Origin: a bacterium
Lineage (GTDB): Bacteria; Zhuqueibacterota; Zhuqueibacteria; Zhuqueibacterales; Zhuqueibacteraceae
Length of the DNA stretch: 26,014 nucleotides
NCBI GenBank assembly: GCA_044869275.1
Contig: JBIOXB010000049.1
Span: 1 to 26,014, forward strand
Direction: 5' to 3'
Shown here: positions 8,059 to 16,731 of the stretch, piece by piece
Layout: every line of letters begins with the position of its first letter
Position numbering within the stretch: the first letter of the stretch is position 1
Translations under genes and position numbers: made by a program
The notes under the pieces: generated by a model
What the model saw: only the letters and a program-made list of their open reading frames with translations
Told to the model about the DNA's origin: nothing
Database searches by the model: none

Positions 8059-10322
8059 AGAAATGGTTCGTGAAAATGATCGCCGGTGCAGCCGGTTTGA
8101 TGCTGGCCACCACCGGATTCACCGGCGAATTGAGCCAGCACGCAGCCAGCAAACTCGACGCAAAACTAAGACTGCTGCTCACGCAGGGCCAGCTCGGAAC
8201 GGCGCTGGCCAAAAACAACAGTGCTGCTGTTGCGGAAAACGGCGCCTCCGTGCAGGTGTTGATCAAGACCACCGGCACCATGGCGGAGCTGCGGGCGCGC
8301 GGTGCGCAGATTATGGCAAGCACCGGCGACATCGCCACCGCAGTGTTGCCGGTTGCGGCTTTGGCAGAAATCGCCAGTCTGAACGAAGTCATTTTTATTG
8401 AATCCTCGAAGACATACAAATTTCGCAACGACGCCGGCCGCGTGCTCACGCGCGCAACCGACGTGCACGCGCAATTCAATTTCACCGGCAAGGGGGTGAT
8501 CGTCGGGGTGCTGGATACCGGCGTGGATTGGCGCCACGAGGATTTTCGCAAAACCAACGGCCAGACGCGCATCAAATACCTGTTGGATTTCAGCGTTCCC
8601 GGCGACACCAACGGCGACGGCCGCTTGGAGGGCTCGGGCCCGTACGGCGGCACGTTGTATTCGGAGGCGCAAATCAACGCTGCTTTGAATGGCCCGAGCA
8701 CGGTTACAGCAGCAGATCGCAATGGCCACGGCACGCACGTGACCGGCAGCGCGGCAGGTAATGGACGCGGAACGAGCAATGGCATTGCCGCGGGCACTTA
8801 TGCCGGCACCGCGCCGGAAGCGGACATCATCTTTGTAAAAAGCAGAAACGGGGATATCGGCAACATTCCGGATATTGACGCCCTCAATGCCGCCGTTTTC
8901 ATCGACAGCGTGGCAAAAGCGCTCGGCCAGCCTTATGTCATCAACCTCAGCTTTGGCGGCCACGAAGGTGCGCACGATGGCACCAGCCTGCAGGAACAGG
9001 CATTCGACAATTTGGTCGGCGCAGGCAAAAAAGGCAAAGCCATCGTGGTGGCCGCGGGAAACGAAGGCCAGGACAACATTCATGCCGGCGGCAGCATCAG
9101 CAGTTCTATCACGATCGATTTCAACGTTCCCACGTATACGGCAAGTGCGGGCGCGCAGAATGATTTTGTGCTGTTCGAGGGCTGGTACCCCGGCAATATC
9201 AATCTTAGTTATCGATTGACCGCACCCAACGGCACCAATTATGGGCCGGTGGCGAGCGGCGGTAACATTGGACAAGATACGCCCAACGGCGCCATTGTTA
9301 TCGACAACGCCGGCACTGCCAATCCGTTGAACAACAGCAAACAAGTCGTCATACAAATTTTCGACAATACGGCGAACAACAAGCCCGCGGCTGGCAATTG
9401 GAAGCTGACGATCACCGGCAACACCAATCGTTATGATTTGTGGCTGCACTCCAGCACGATGAGCGCCGTACTGACCACCAACGCCAGCGCCTCTCGTTTG
9501 GTCGCCATCCCTGGCACGGCTAAAAATGTCATCACCGTCGGTGCGTGGGTCAGCAAAAAAAGCTGGACCGATTTGGACAACAACCCGCTTTCGGTTCCTT
9601 CTGCCGTGGTGAACACCGCGGCCGGTTTTTCAAGTCCGGGGCCTTCACGCGATGGCCGCGTGAAGCCCGAGATTAGCGCGCCGGGGCAGATGATCGGATC
9701 AACGCTTTCGAACGAGGCGCGCCCCGGCGGCCCATACAGCATTTGGAATAGTCCGATTTCAAATTCTCCCAATGCCTTTATTTTGCGCGATAATCGCCAC
9801 GCCATCGGCAACGGCACCAGCTTCGCCGCGCCGCTCGTGGCCGGCGGCATCGCTCTGATGCTGCAAAGCAACCCCAATTTGGATGCCGTGCAGATCCGCA
9901 AGGCGTTGACCACGACCGCAAAAACCGACGGCTTTACCGGCGCGGTTCCAAACGACCAATGGGGCTACGGCAAAGCGGATTTCCTGGCGGCCTTGAACTA
10001 TGTCACTTCTGTTGAAGAGGATCCCGGATCCTCGACGCCGCCGCAGGCTTTTTCACTCTTGGCGAACTATCCCAATCCCTTCAATCCTGAAACGCAAATT
10101 GCATATGAAATTCCTCTTGCCGCGCGTGTGGAGATCGCGGTGTTCGACATGCTGGGCCGGCAAGTGCGCACGCTCCTGGCAGATCAGGCGACAGCCGGGC
10201 GCCACCAAATCATCTGGGATGGGCGGAACGATCAAGGGCAACTGTTGACCTCCGGCGTTTATGTATACCAGATGCGAGCGGGAGATTTTGCCGCCTCGAA
10301 AAAAATGGTGCTGTTGCGATAA
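8055..10322 (+). CDS. Secreted S8 family (subtilisin-like) serine peptidase with prodomain, inserted beta domain and FlgD-Ig/T9SS-like C-terminal domain
   Basis: GVLDTG (Asp), GHGTHV (His), AAGNEG (oxyanion Asn), GTSFAAP (Ser); AGGAG RBS; C-terminal NYPNPFNP...WDGRN...SGVYVY...KKMVLLR. Confidence 0.95.
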   Translation: MKKWFVKMIAGAAGLMLATTGFTGELSQHAASKLDAKLRLLLTQGQLGTALAKNNSAAVAENGASVQVLIKTTGTMAELRARGAQIMASTGDIATAVLPVAALAEIASLNEVIFIESSKTYKFRNDAGRVLTRATDVHAQFNFTGKGVIVGVLDTGVDWRHEDFRKTNGQTRIKYLLDFSVPGDTNGDGRLEGSGPYGGTLYSEAQINAALNGPSTVTAADRNGHGTHVTGSAAGNGRGTSNGIAAGTYAGTAPEADIIFVKSRNGDIGNIPDIDALNAAVFIDSVAKALGQPYVINLSFGGHEGAHDGTSLQEQAFDNLVGAGKKGKAIVVAAGNEGQDNIHAGGSISSSITIDFNVPTYTASAGAQNDFVLFEGWYPGNINLSYRLTAPNGTNYGPVASGGNIGQDTPNGAIVIDNAGTANPLNNSKQVVIQIFDNTANNKPAAGNWKLTITGNTNRYDLWLHSSTMSAVLTTNASASRLVAIPGTAKNVITVGAWVSKKSWTDLDNNPLSVPSAVVNTAAGFSSPGPSRDGRVKPEISAPGQMIGSTLSNEARPGGPYSIWNSPISNSPNAFILRDNRHAIGNGTSFAAPLVAGGIALMLQSNPNLDAVQIRKALTTTAKTDGFTGAVPNDQWGYGKADFLAALNYVTSVEEDPGSSTPPQAFSLLANYPNPFNPETQIAYEIPLAARVEIAVFDMLGRQVRTLLADQATAGRHQIIWDGRNDQGQLLTSGVYVYQMRAGDFAASKKMVLLR

Positions 10323-10339
10323 GGTCATTTGGCCTGAAC

Positions 10340-10364
10340 CACGAAAGACACGAAATACACGAAA
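10340..10364 (+). repeat. Short tandem repeat with 9-bp period
   Basis: CACGAAA-GA-CACGAAA-TA-CACGAAA. Confidence 0.7.
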
Positions 10365-10377
10365 CCAGGGAGAGCTC

Positions 10378-10467
10378 GTGAGTACTCCGCTCGTTCTTTT
10401 GACCGAAAAATATCGCGACCAAATCCGCGATGTGCTCAATCGCTTTGACCGTTTGCTCAAGCGCTAG
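10378..10467 (+). pseudogene. Truncated N-terminal remnant of a transposase-like protein
   Basis: GGGAGA RBS and GTG start; MSTPLVLLTEKYRDQIRDVLNRFDRLLKR* resembles the recalled LLTERY..QI.GVL..FDR N-terminus of an uncharacterised mobile-element protein family. Confidence 0.45.
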
Positions 10468-10690
10468 CATGATTACCTGAAATTTCTTTGCTTTTTCGCA
10501 CGAATCATTGTTTAGGCACTGACGGCCGCCGGCTGCTATTTGATTTACGGGGCGTTATCGGGCAGCCAAACGCTTGTTGATCAAGCACTTTAGTAACCGT
10601 CCAGCTCTCGCTTGTAATCCCAAAAGACATGGTGATCGACAATCGTCAATCAGCCGAACAGTCACGAACTTTAGTGAAAAAGTACCGTGG

Positions 10691-10732
10691 GTAGCGCAAG
10701 CATCTTGCTTTACAGCAGGATGACTGCGCTCC
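10691..10732. repeat. GTAG-type REP doublet
   Basis: GTAGCGCAAGCATCTTGCT-ttac-AGCAGGATGACTGCGCTCC imperfect inverted repeat with a GTAG foot. Confidence 0.6.
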
Positions 10733-10897
10733 TTTTCTCTTGTGCGGCAGTTCATCTTCTCCAGCCGTGAGTGACCCCACCCGCTCGCAGAAATCCGCTT
10801 GAACATTTTCAGGTTAGTGATGTCTATGTCTTCAAGTCTATGTTATCGCTAATGCCCGAACCTGAAGTCCACCTCAATACAAAATTGGAGGAGCAGC

Positions 10898-13315
10898 ATG
10901 AAAATCTCCCACGCCTGGCGAACTGGTTTGAGTTTAGTCCTGGTGCTTGGCTTGATGGCGCAGGCTGGCCTGGCTTTGCCCAAATCCGACACCGGTCCAA
11001 AGAACGACTGGCCCAATTGGCGGGGCAGAAATTACGACGGTGTCGCGCCAACCAAAAACGTCTTCAATTTTGGCAAAGGGTATGGCTTGAAGGCCGCGTG
11101 GAAGAAAAAGCTGGGCTCGGGCTATGCCAGCATCTCCATAACCGAGGGCCGCGCTTTCACCATGTTTTCGGATAGTACCTTCGACCATCTCATCGCCTTC
11201 GATGCCAAAAGCGGCGCTGAACTTTGGCGGCATAAAATCGATTCCACCTATATCGGCCATGACGGCTCGCATAACGGTCCAATCTCCACCCCGCTTGTGG
11301 ATGGTGACAAGGTTTATGGCCTCGGCCCCAAAGGCAAATTATTCGCGCTCGAGGTGAAAAGCGGCAAAAAACTTTGGGAGACTTCCCTGGTCAAAGACCA
11401 TCACGCGCTCGCGCCCTTTTGGGGATTCACCACTTCTCCCCTGGTTTACGGCGAGGTCTTGATGCTCGAAACCGGCGGAACAAAATCAAACGCGATTTCC
11501 GGTTTCGACAAGAACAGCGGCAAATTACTGTGGACGGCCGGCACGGATACCGTCAGTTATCAATCTCCCATTTTCGCGTCGATTACGGGACAGACGCATT
11601 TGCTTTTTGCCGGCAACAAGTATATTTATGGTCTTGACCACCGGTCAGGGAAGAAGTTTTGGGAATTCAATCACAAAAGCCAAAACCAAAGCTTCACGCC
11701 CGTGGTTACGGAATCGAACCGGATCATGCTCATGGGCAACAATGAGTCGATGCTGCTTGAAGTCAGCAAAGCAGGCGACAACTTTCAAGCTCGTGAGCTG
11801 TGGAAAAGCCGCGAAATAAAACAAACACTCGCGCCCACGGTTTATCATGAGGGGTATTTGTACGGTTATAGCGGCGTCTTTCTGACGTGCGTCAACGCGG
11901 CGACGGGCGAGAGAGCTTGGCGCTCGCGTCCACCCGGCGATGGCTTTGTCATTTTGGTGGATGATCATTTGGTGATCATGACCAAGACCGGCGAGCTCCA
12001 TATCGCCGCCGCGAGTCCCACCGGTTATGAAGAAAAGGCCAACTTCAAGCTCTTTGAGGGATTGACCTGGACCCCTCCGAGCTTTGCCGAGGGCCGCATC
12101 TACGCGCGCAGCTTACGGGAGATTGCCAGCGTCGAAATCGCACCGGTGCCGCAACTCCTGGCGGTGACCCGAACCGTGCCGCAGCCCGTCGCGCCCAACT
12201 CGGCGTTCGCCCAATCCGTCAGGCAAATTGAAAGCGCTCAAGATAAGAATAGCAAAATTGAAGAATTCATGAAGTCGCAGCCCTCTTTTCCGATCATCGA
12301 GGGCGACAAGTTGGCGCATTTCGTGTATCGTGGCCAGGTCGAGGATTTGGCGATCATGGGGGACATGTTTGATCTCAGGCAACAGTTCGAGATGTTTCGC
12401 GCGCCCGGCACGGATTTTTATTACTACACCATCGCCGTCGAACCGGATGCCCGCTTGAATTATCGCTTCGTCAGAAATTTCGAGGAGCCGATTACAGACC
12501 CGCTCAATCCGGTGAGCGCGGATGGATTCTTCGGCCGGTTTTCGGAGCTGGCGATGCCCAAGTTCAAGCGACCCACGCACCTCAATGAACCGAGTGGTGC
12601 GCGCGGAACGCTAGACAGCTTGCAATTCGAAAGCAAGGTATTCTCCGGCGCGCGCGCGCTGCAAGTTTATCTTCCGAATGGCTATGCCAATTCGGGCAAG
12701 CGCTATCCCGTCGTCTACGTCAATTACGGCCAGCAGGCTTTGCGCATGGGCAAAATGGCCAACACCCTCGACAATCTCATCGGCAACACCATTGAGCCGG
12801 TGATCGCCGTTTTTATTTACGCGCCAAATAGTTTCGCCGAATATGCGCGCGCGCAGCGGGATAAATATGCGGAAATGGTGACGCAGGAGCTCGTTCCCTT
12901 TGTCGACGCCAAATATCGCACGCTGGCCAAGCCGGAAGCCAGAGCCGTCATGGGCGCCGACGAGGGCGGCTATGCTGCTTTCTACGCCACCTTCAAGTAT
13001 CCCGGCACTTTCGCTCATGTCGGTGGCCAATCGACACACCTGTTTCCGTCGGAGGCCGAGCCGCTCAAAAACATGATAAAGGCCTCCAAGAAACTCGATC
13101 TGAATATATATATGGACTGGGGCACTTACGACCATCGCACCACCGGCAGCTTCGATTGGGCCGAATTCAATATCGCTTTCGCCAAAATGCTGGAAGAGCA
13201 GGGTTACAAGATCAACGGCGGGCAAGTACACGATGGCTTCGATTGGGCGAGCTGGAGAAGCCGTACCGATCGTGTGCTCGAAAGTTTTTTTTCACTGGCG
13301 AAGCAGGTCAACTAG
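10898..13315 (+). CDS. Exported PQQ-type (BamB-like) beta-propeller fused to an enterochelin-esterase-like alpha/beta-hydrolase domain
   Basis: GGAGGAG RBS, signal peptide; DWPNWRG and repeated G..LW blades; C-terminal VYLPNGY...RYPVVY, ELVPFVDAKYRT, AVMGADEGG, DWASWR. Confidence 0.88.
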   Translation: MKISHAWRTGLSLVLVLGLMAQAGLALPKSDTGPKNDWPNWRGRNYDGVAPTKNVFNFGKGYGLKAAWKKKLGSGYASISITEGRAFTMFSDSTFDHLIAFDAKSGAELWRHKIDSTYIGHDGSHNGPISTPLVDGDKVYGLGPKGKLFALEVKSGKKLWETSLVKDHHALAPFWGFTTSPLVYGEVLMLETGGTKSNAISGFDKNSGKLLWTAGTDTVSYQSPIFASITGQTHLLFAGNKYIYGLDHRSGKKFWEFNHKSQNQSFTPVVTESNRIMLMGNNESMLLEVSKAGDNFQARELWKSREIKQTLAPTVYHEGYLYGYSGVFLTCVNAATGERAWRSRPPGDGFVILVDDHLVIMTKTGELHIAAASPTGYEEKANFKLFEGLTWTPPSFAEGRIYARSLREIASVEIAPVPQLLAVTRTVPQPVAPNSAFAQSVRQIESAQDKNSKIEEFMKSQPSFPIIEGDKLAHFVYRGQVEDLAIMGDMFDLRQQFEMFRAPGTDFYYYTIAVEPDARLNYRFVRNFEEPITDPLNPVSADGFFGRFSELAMPKFKRPTHLNEPSGARGTLDSLQFESKVFSGARALQVYLPNGYANSGKRYPVVYVNYGQQALRMGKMANTLDNLIGNTIEPVIAVFIYAPNSFAEYARAQRDKYAEMVTQELVPFVDAKYRTLAKPEARAVMGADEGGYAAFYATFKYPGTFAHVGGQSTHLFPSEAEPLKNMIKASKKLDLNIYMDWGTYDHRTTGSFDWAEFNIAFAKMLEEQGYKINGGQVHDGFDWASWRSRTDRVLESFFSLAKQVN

Positions 13316-13340
13316 CTGATCGTTTCCCAATCGCCTCCCG

Positions 13341-13365
13341 GTCATTTCCGCGAAAGCGGGAGTCC
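13341..13365 (+). repeat. GTCATTCCCGCGAAAGCGGGAATCC-type palindromic repeat (single degenerate unit)
   Basis: GTCATTTCCGCGAAAGCGGGAGTCC. Confidence 0.65.
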
Positions 13366-13381
13366 TGAAAAATAGCGCATC

Positions 13382-13429
13382 GCGCAGGTTTCCAGCTTGA
13401 AAAAAAGATAAGCTGGAAACCTGCGCCAC
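13382..13429. repeat. GTRG-type REP doublet, possible terminator hairpin
   Basis: Perfect 17-bp IR GCGCAGGTTTCCAGCTT (13382-13398) / AAGCTGGAAACCTGCGC (13410-13426) ending in CCAC (GTGG on the minus strand). Confidence 0.7.
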
Positions 13430-13496
13430 AAATTTGCTGTGCGTCACGGCCTCCTCACTTGATGTCCCACTCTGCACCACTAATCCCTCCCTCTTC

Positions 13497-13525
13497 TTGC
13501 TTTTGAGAGCGTCTTTTTTTAATTT
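13497..13525 (+). promoter_or_regulatory. Putative sigma70 promoter of serS
   Basis: TTGCTT, 17 bp, TAATTT. Confidence 0.35.
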
Positions 13526-13608
13526 CCCCAATCTCATGACAACCAATGCGTGGCCTGCCGTGATTATTTTATACGCCAAGGACCATTAAAATCTTTAGGA
13601 CCCCCAAA

Positions 13609-14877
13609 ATGCTCGACCTCAAATTCATCCGTGAAAATTTCGATCTGGTTGCAGAAGGACTGCGCAAGAAGAACGTGCAACTCGATCTTTCGGCATTTCA
13701 GTCGTTGGAAGAAACGCGCCGAAATGTTTTGATCAAAGTGGAAGACTTAAGAGCTTTGCGCAATCGCGTGTCCGAAGAAATTGCGCAAATCAAAAAAGCC
13801 AAAGGCGAAGCCGCGGCAAAAATCGATGAGATGAAAAAAGTAGGGGATGAGATCAAGACGCTCGAAGCACAGTTGAAAGAAGTTGAAGACCAGCTTTATC
13901 AAATTCAGATTCGCATTCCCAATCTGCCCCACGCCAGCGTGCCCGAGGGCAAGAGCGCGGCGGACAACATGGTGGTGCGCACCTGGGGCGAGATTCCCAA
14001 ATTCGATTTCACTCCCAAACCGCATTGGGATTTGAATGAAACATTGCGCTTAATCGATTTTGAAGGCGGTGCAAAAATTTCCGGTTCGTTCTTCGTCAAT
14101 TTTCAAGGTAAAGGCGCCAAGCTGGTGCGCGCCTTGATCAATTTCATGCTCGATCTGCACGTGGAAAAGCATGGCTACACCGAAGTTTTTCCGCCGGTCG
14201 TCGTGAGCCGCGAGGCCATGTTCGGCACCGGCCAGCTTCCCAAAATGGAAGACGACATGTATCGCGTCGAGCGCGGGGATTTGTTTTTGATCCCCACTGC
14301 CGAAGTGCCGGTCACAAATCTGCTCGCGGGCAAAATGCTGGCGGGTACGGATTTGCCGCTGAATTACACCGCCTACACACCCTGCTTTCGCCGGGAGGCC
14401 GGCGCATATGGCAAAGACACCAAAGGCTTGATGCGCCTGCACCAATTCGACAAAGTCGAGATGGTCAAGTTCGTGCGGCCGGCTACCAGCTATGACGAGC
14501 ATGAAAAACTGCTGCACAACGCCGAAGAGGTTTTGCAGCTGCTCGGCCTGCCTTACCGCGTGCTCCTGCTCTGCAGCGGGGACATGAGTTTTGCCGCGGC
14601 GAAATGCTACGATCTCGAAGTGTGGGCCCCGGGCATGCAAAAGTGGCTGGAAGTTTCCTCGTGCTCGAACTTCGAAGACTTCCAAGCGCGCCGCGCTAAC
14701 ATTCGTTTCCGCCCGGAGCCGAGTGCCAAACCGCAATTCGTCCATACGCTCAATGCCTCCGGCCTCGCGCTGCCGCGCACCATCATCGCCATTATGGAAA
14801 ATTATCAAACCGATGAGGGCACGGTAGTCGTGCCGGAAGTCGTGAGAAAGTTCATGGGAGTGTCAATATTCAAATAG
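13609..14877 (+). CDS. serS: Serine--tRNA ligase
   Basis: MLDLKFIREN, IPNLPH.SVP.G, GTGQLPK, LIPTAEVP, FRREAG, RLHQFDKVE, EVSSCSN, HTLNASGLA motifs. Confidence 0.99.
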   Translation: MLDLKFIRENFDLVAEGLRKKNVQLDLSAFQSLEETRRNVLIKVEDLRALRNRVSEEIAQIKKAKGEAAAKIDEMKKVGDEIKTLEAQLKEVEDQLYQIQIRIPNLPHASVPEGKSAADNMVVRTWGEIPKFDFTPKPHWDLNETLRLIDFEGGAKISGSFFVNFQGKGAKLVRALINFMLDLHVEKHGYTEVFPPVVVSREAMFGTGQLPKMEDDMYRVERGDLFLIPTAEVPVTNLLAGKMLAGTDLPLNYTAYTPCFRREAGAYGKDTKGLMRLHQFDKVEMVKFVRPATSYDEHEKLLHNAEEVLQLLGLPYRVLLLCSGDMSFAAAKCYDLEVWAPGMQKWLEVSSCSNFEDFQARRANIRFRPEPSAKPQFVHTLNASGLALPRTIIAIMENYQTDEGTVVVPEVVRKFMGVSIFK

Positions 14878-14884
14878 TGGGGCA

Positions 14885-15211
14885 ATGCCGAACATGCGGA
14901 GCGTAGAATTTCATCGTATGTTGGAAGACAATAATTCAATTCGTGCAAGATTTGACTTGGATCGAGGTCGAGTTGTCAAGTTTGTAGTGCAACTCGAATG
15001 CCGATTCGATGAAGATTGGGTAGCCGTTGTCAGATATGACACCGCCCATGGTTTTGCTCACTGCGACAGACTTCATCCGTACGAGCCAGAGGCAAAAATC
15101 CAAATGGCCACGCAAGATTTTAACGAAGCATTGACTTTCGCAATTCAAGATTTGGTTGATAAGTGCGGAGATTATCGAAAGAGGTATGAACAATGGCTAA
15201 AAAAGAATTGA
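14885..15211 (+). CDS. Small hypothetical protein with RYDTAHG.AH motif (DUF7718/TumE-like), putative toxin
   Basis: FVVQLE...W..VVRYDTAHGFAHCD motif; overlaps the next gene by 19 nt. Confidence 0.7.
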   Translation: MPNMRSVEFHRMLEDNNSIRARFDLDRGRVVKFVVQLECRFDEDWVAVVRYDTAHGFAHCDRLHPYEPEAKIQMATQDFNEALTFAIQDLVDKCGDYRKRYEQWLKKN

Positions 15212-15492
15212 TCCAAACTGCCCCAACCGATGTCTTAGAGCGCAACCTCACTCTGACCGGAGAAGTGATGCGCTTTTTGCTCGAACAGCCGGAAGTATTT
15301 AATTCTCTGCCGGCCAATTTTGAACTGGTGATCTTGCCCGAAGATGACCCCGAGATGGGCCTGTATAACTTGAAGCTCCTGAATACTTACGGGAGTGAAG
15401 GCAAGCCGGTTGTTTTTGCAAGAATCAAATCCAGCCGCGAGGCTTTCACCAAGCAAGATCCGCCTCGTCTTTACGCACCGATTGCGGCCTAA
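15193..15492 (+). CDS. DUF5647-like protein, putative antitoxin
   Basis: RNL.L..E..RFLLEQPE....LP.N..LVILPEDDPE...YN motif; GAGGT RBS. Confidence 0.7.
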   Translation: MAKKELIQTAPTDVLERNLTLTGEVMRFLLEQPEVFNSLPANFELVILPEDDPEMGLYNLKLLNTYGSEGKPVVFARIKSSREAFTKQDPPRLYAPIAA

Positions 15493-15526
15493 AGACGAAG
15501 CGAGGTTTGGATTTTGAGACCTGAGC

Positions 15527-15910
15527 ATGGACCACATAATGCAAAAGCGAATTGCAGATCTTATAGCCTCTATAGAAGGGCTTCAGCCTCAGCTGAATAA
15601 ACTGTCTGAGATGTTTCGTGAAGAAATTTGTTCCAGCAAGCACGTGGCTTTTGATAAGTGATCTGCCTACGATTGGTGCAGGAATGCATTCGGCAACGCA
15701 TTAGTGCGTTTGCGTCAAATGACCGAACAGAACTTCCAAATCGTCGAGACAATAGGATTGCTTGCGGTCTCTCGTTATATATTTGAACTGAGTGTTTGGT
15801 TACATCTCTTCAAGGCAGATCCCAGATACGGCCTAGTGTACTACCGGCAATTGCTCGACACGCAGCATCTCTACTATAAAGCCACAAACAAGCACTTACA
15901 TAAGGATTAA
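15527..15910 (+). pseudogene. Disrupted hypothetical gene
   Basis: MDHIMQKRIADLIASIE...HVAFDK, in-frame TGA at 15659-15661, then SAYDWCRNAFGNALVRLRQMTEQNF...HKD* in the same frame. Confidence 0.55.
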
Positions 15911-15922
15911 CCTCTGCAGGAT

Positions 15923-16228
15923 ATGACTACGATTGCAACAATAAATATATGCTTGTTATTTTGCTTCAATTTTGACCCACTTTTATCAACTGATGAACTA
16001 CTGCAAGGAGTGTTTTATGTTGATTGTGAGTTCAATGTGTTTTCAGGACTGGGTGACTGTGAAGACACTACTATCGAGTTTTAGCTCTCCAATAATAGGA
16101 AACTAATCGCGTGGCTCCTTCCATTAGTAGATGAAAAATATTCTATATATGAGTATTCAACATCAAAAAGGGTTAAAATAGAGCCGATAAAAGTCGGAGA
16201 AATCGAGTTGGAATTAATAAAAGACTGA
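15923..16228 (+). pseudogene. Possible AT-rich gene remnant
   Basis: ATG 15923 to TGA 16228 with a single in-frame TAG at 16082-16084; no recognisable motif. Confidence 0.3.
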
Positions 16229-16731
16229 GTCGAGTCATATTTCCTGAAAATGCTCAAAACACCTCAGGTAATACCTTAATTCTGCACCGTAGTTGGCCGA
16301 CCCCGCATTTGACACGGATTTTATCGCTAAATTGATCCACCCATTTGGTGGTGCAAAAAATTTCTTGCACGACGATTTCGACCAATAAATTCAAGGGTAA
16401 AATGCGAATAGATGGTTTTCGTGTGCAAGATTAAGGTAATAAGAACTATTTGCCTGATTTTGCTTTTGACAGACGGCGAGGTAGAGATGTGAAATCTTAG
16501 ATCATGACGATTTAATTGTTTCACTTCGATCAATTTGTATTCCCCACGCAGCCGCTGAAATTTGCTACTCGAGCCGCTCTTTCCTTGAGCAGCGAATTTC
16601 AAAATTTAGCCCAACCACAATCACAAATTTTTTTTCCGCATTTCCTCCCATCTGCATGTATATCATTTTCCTTAAGAATACCTGCGTCTCGTTTCAAATC
16701 AGGATGATGATATCAACCACCGGAGGATGCG

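Noticed and set aside
8166..9449. 427-aa minus-strand ORF
   Set aside because: Antisense shadow of the subtilase with no recognisable motifs; expected from codon bias
16269..16295. TAATACCTTAATTCTGCACCGTAGTT as a possible IS terminus
   Set aside because: No partner inverted repeat or transposase was found in the window
16475..16484. GGCGAGGTAG resembling an ops/JUMPstart element upstream of the polysaccharide locus
   Set aside because: Does not match GGCGGTAG and lacks the surrounding JUMPstart context
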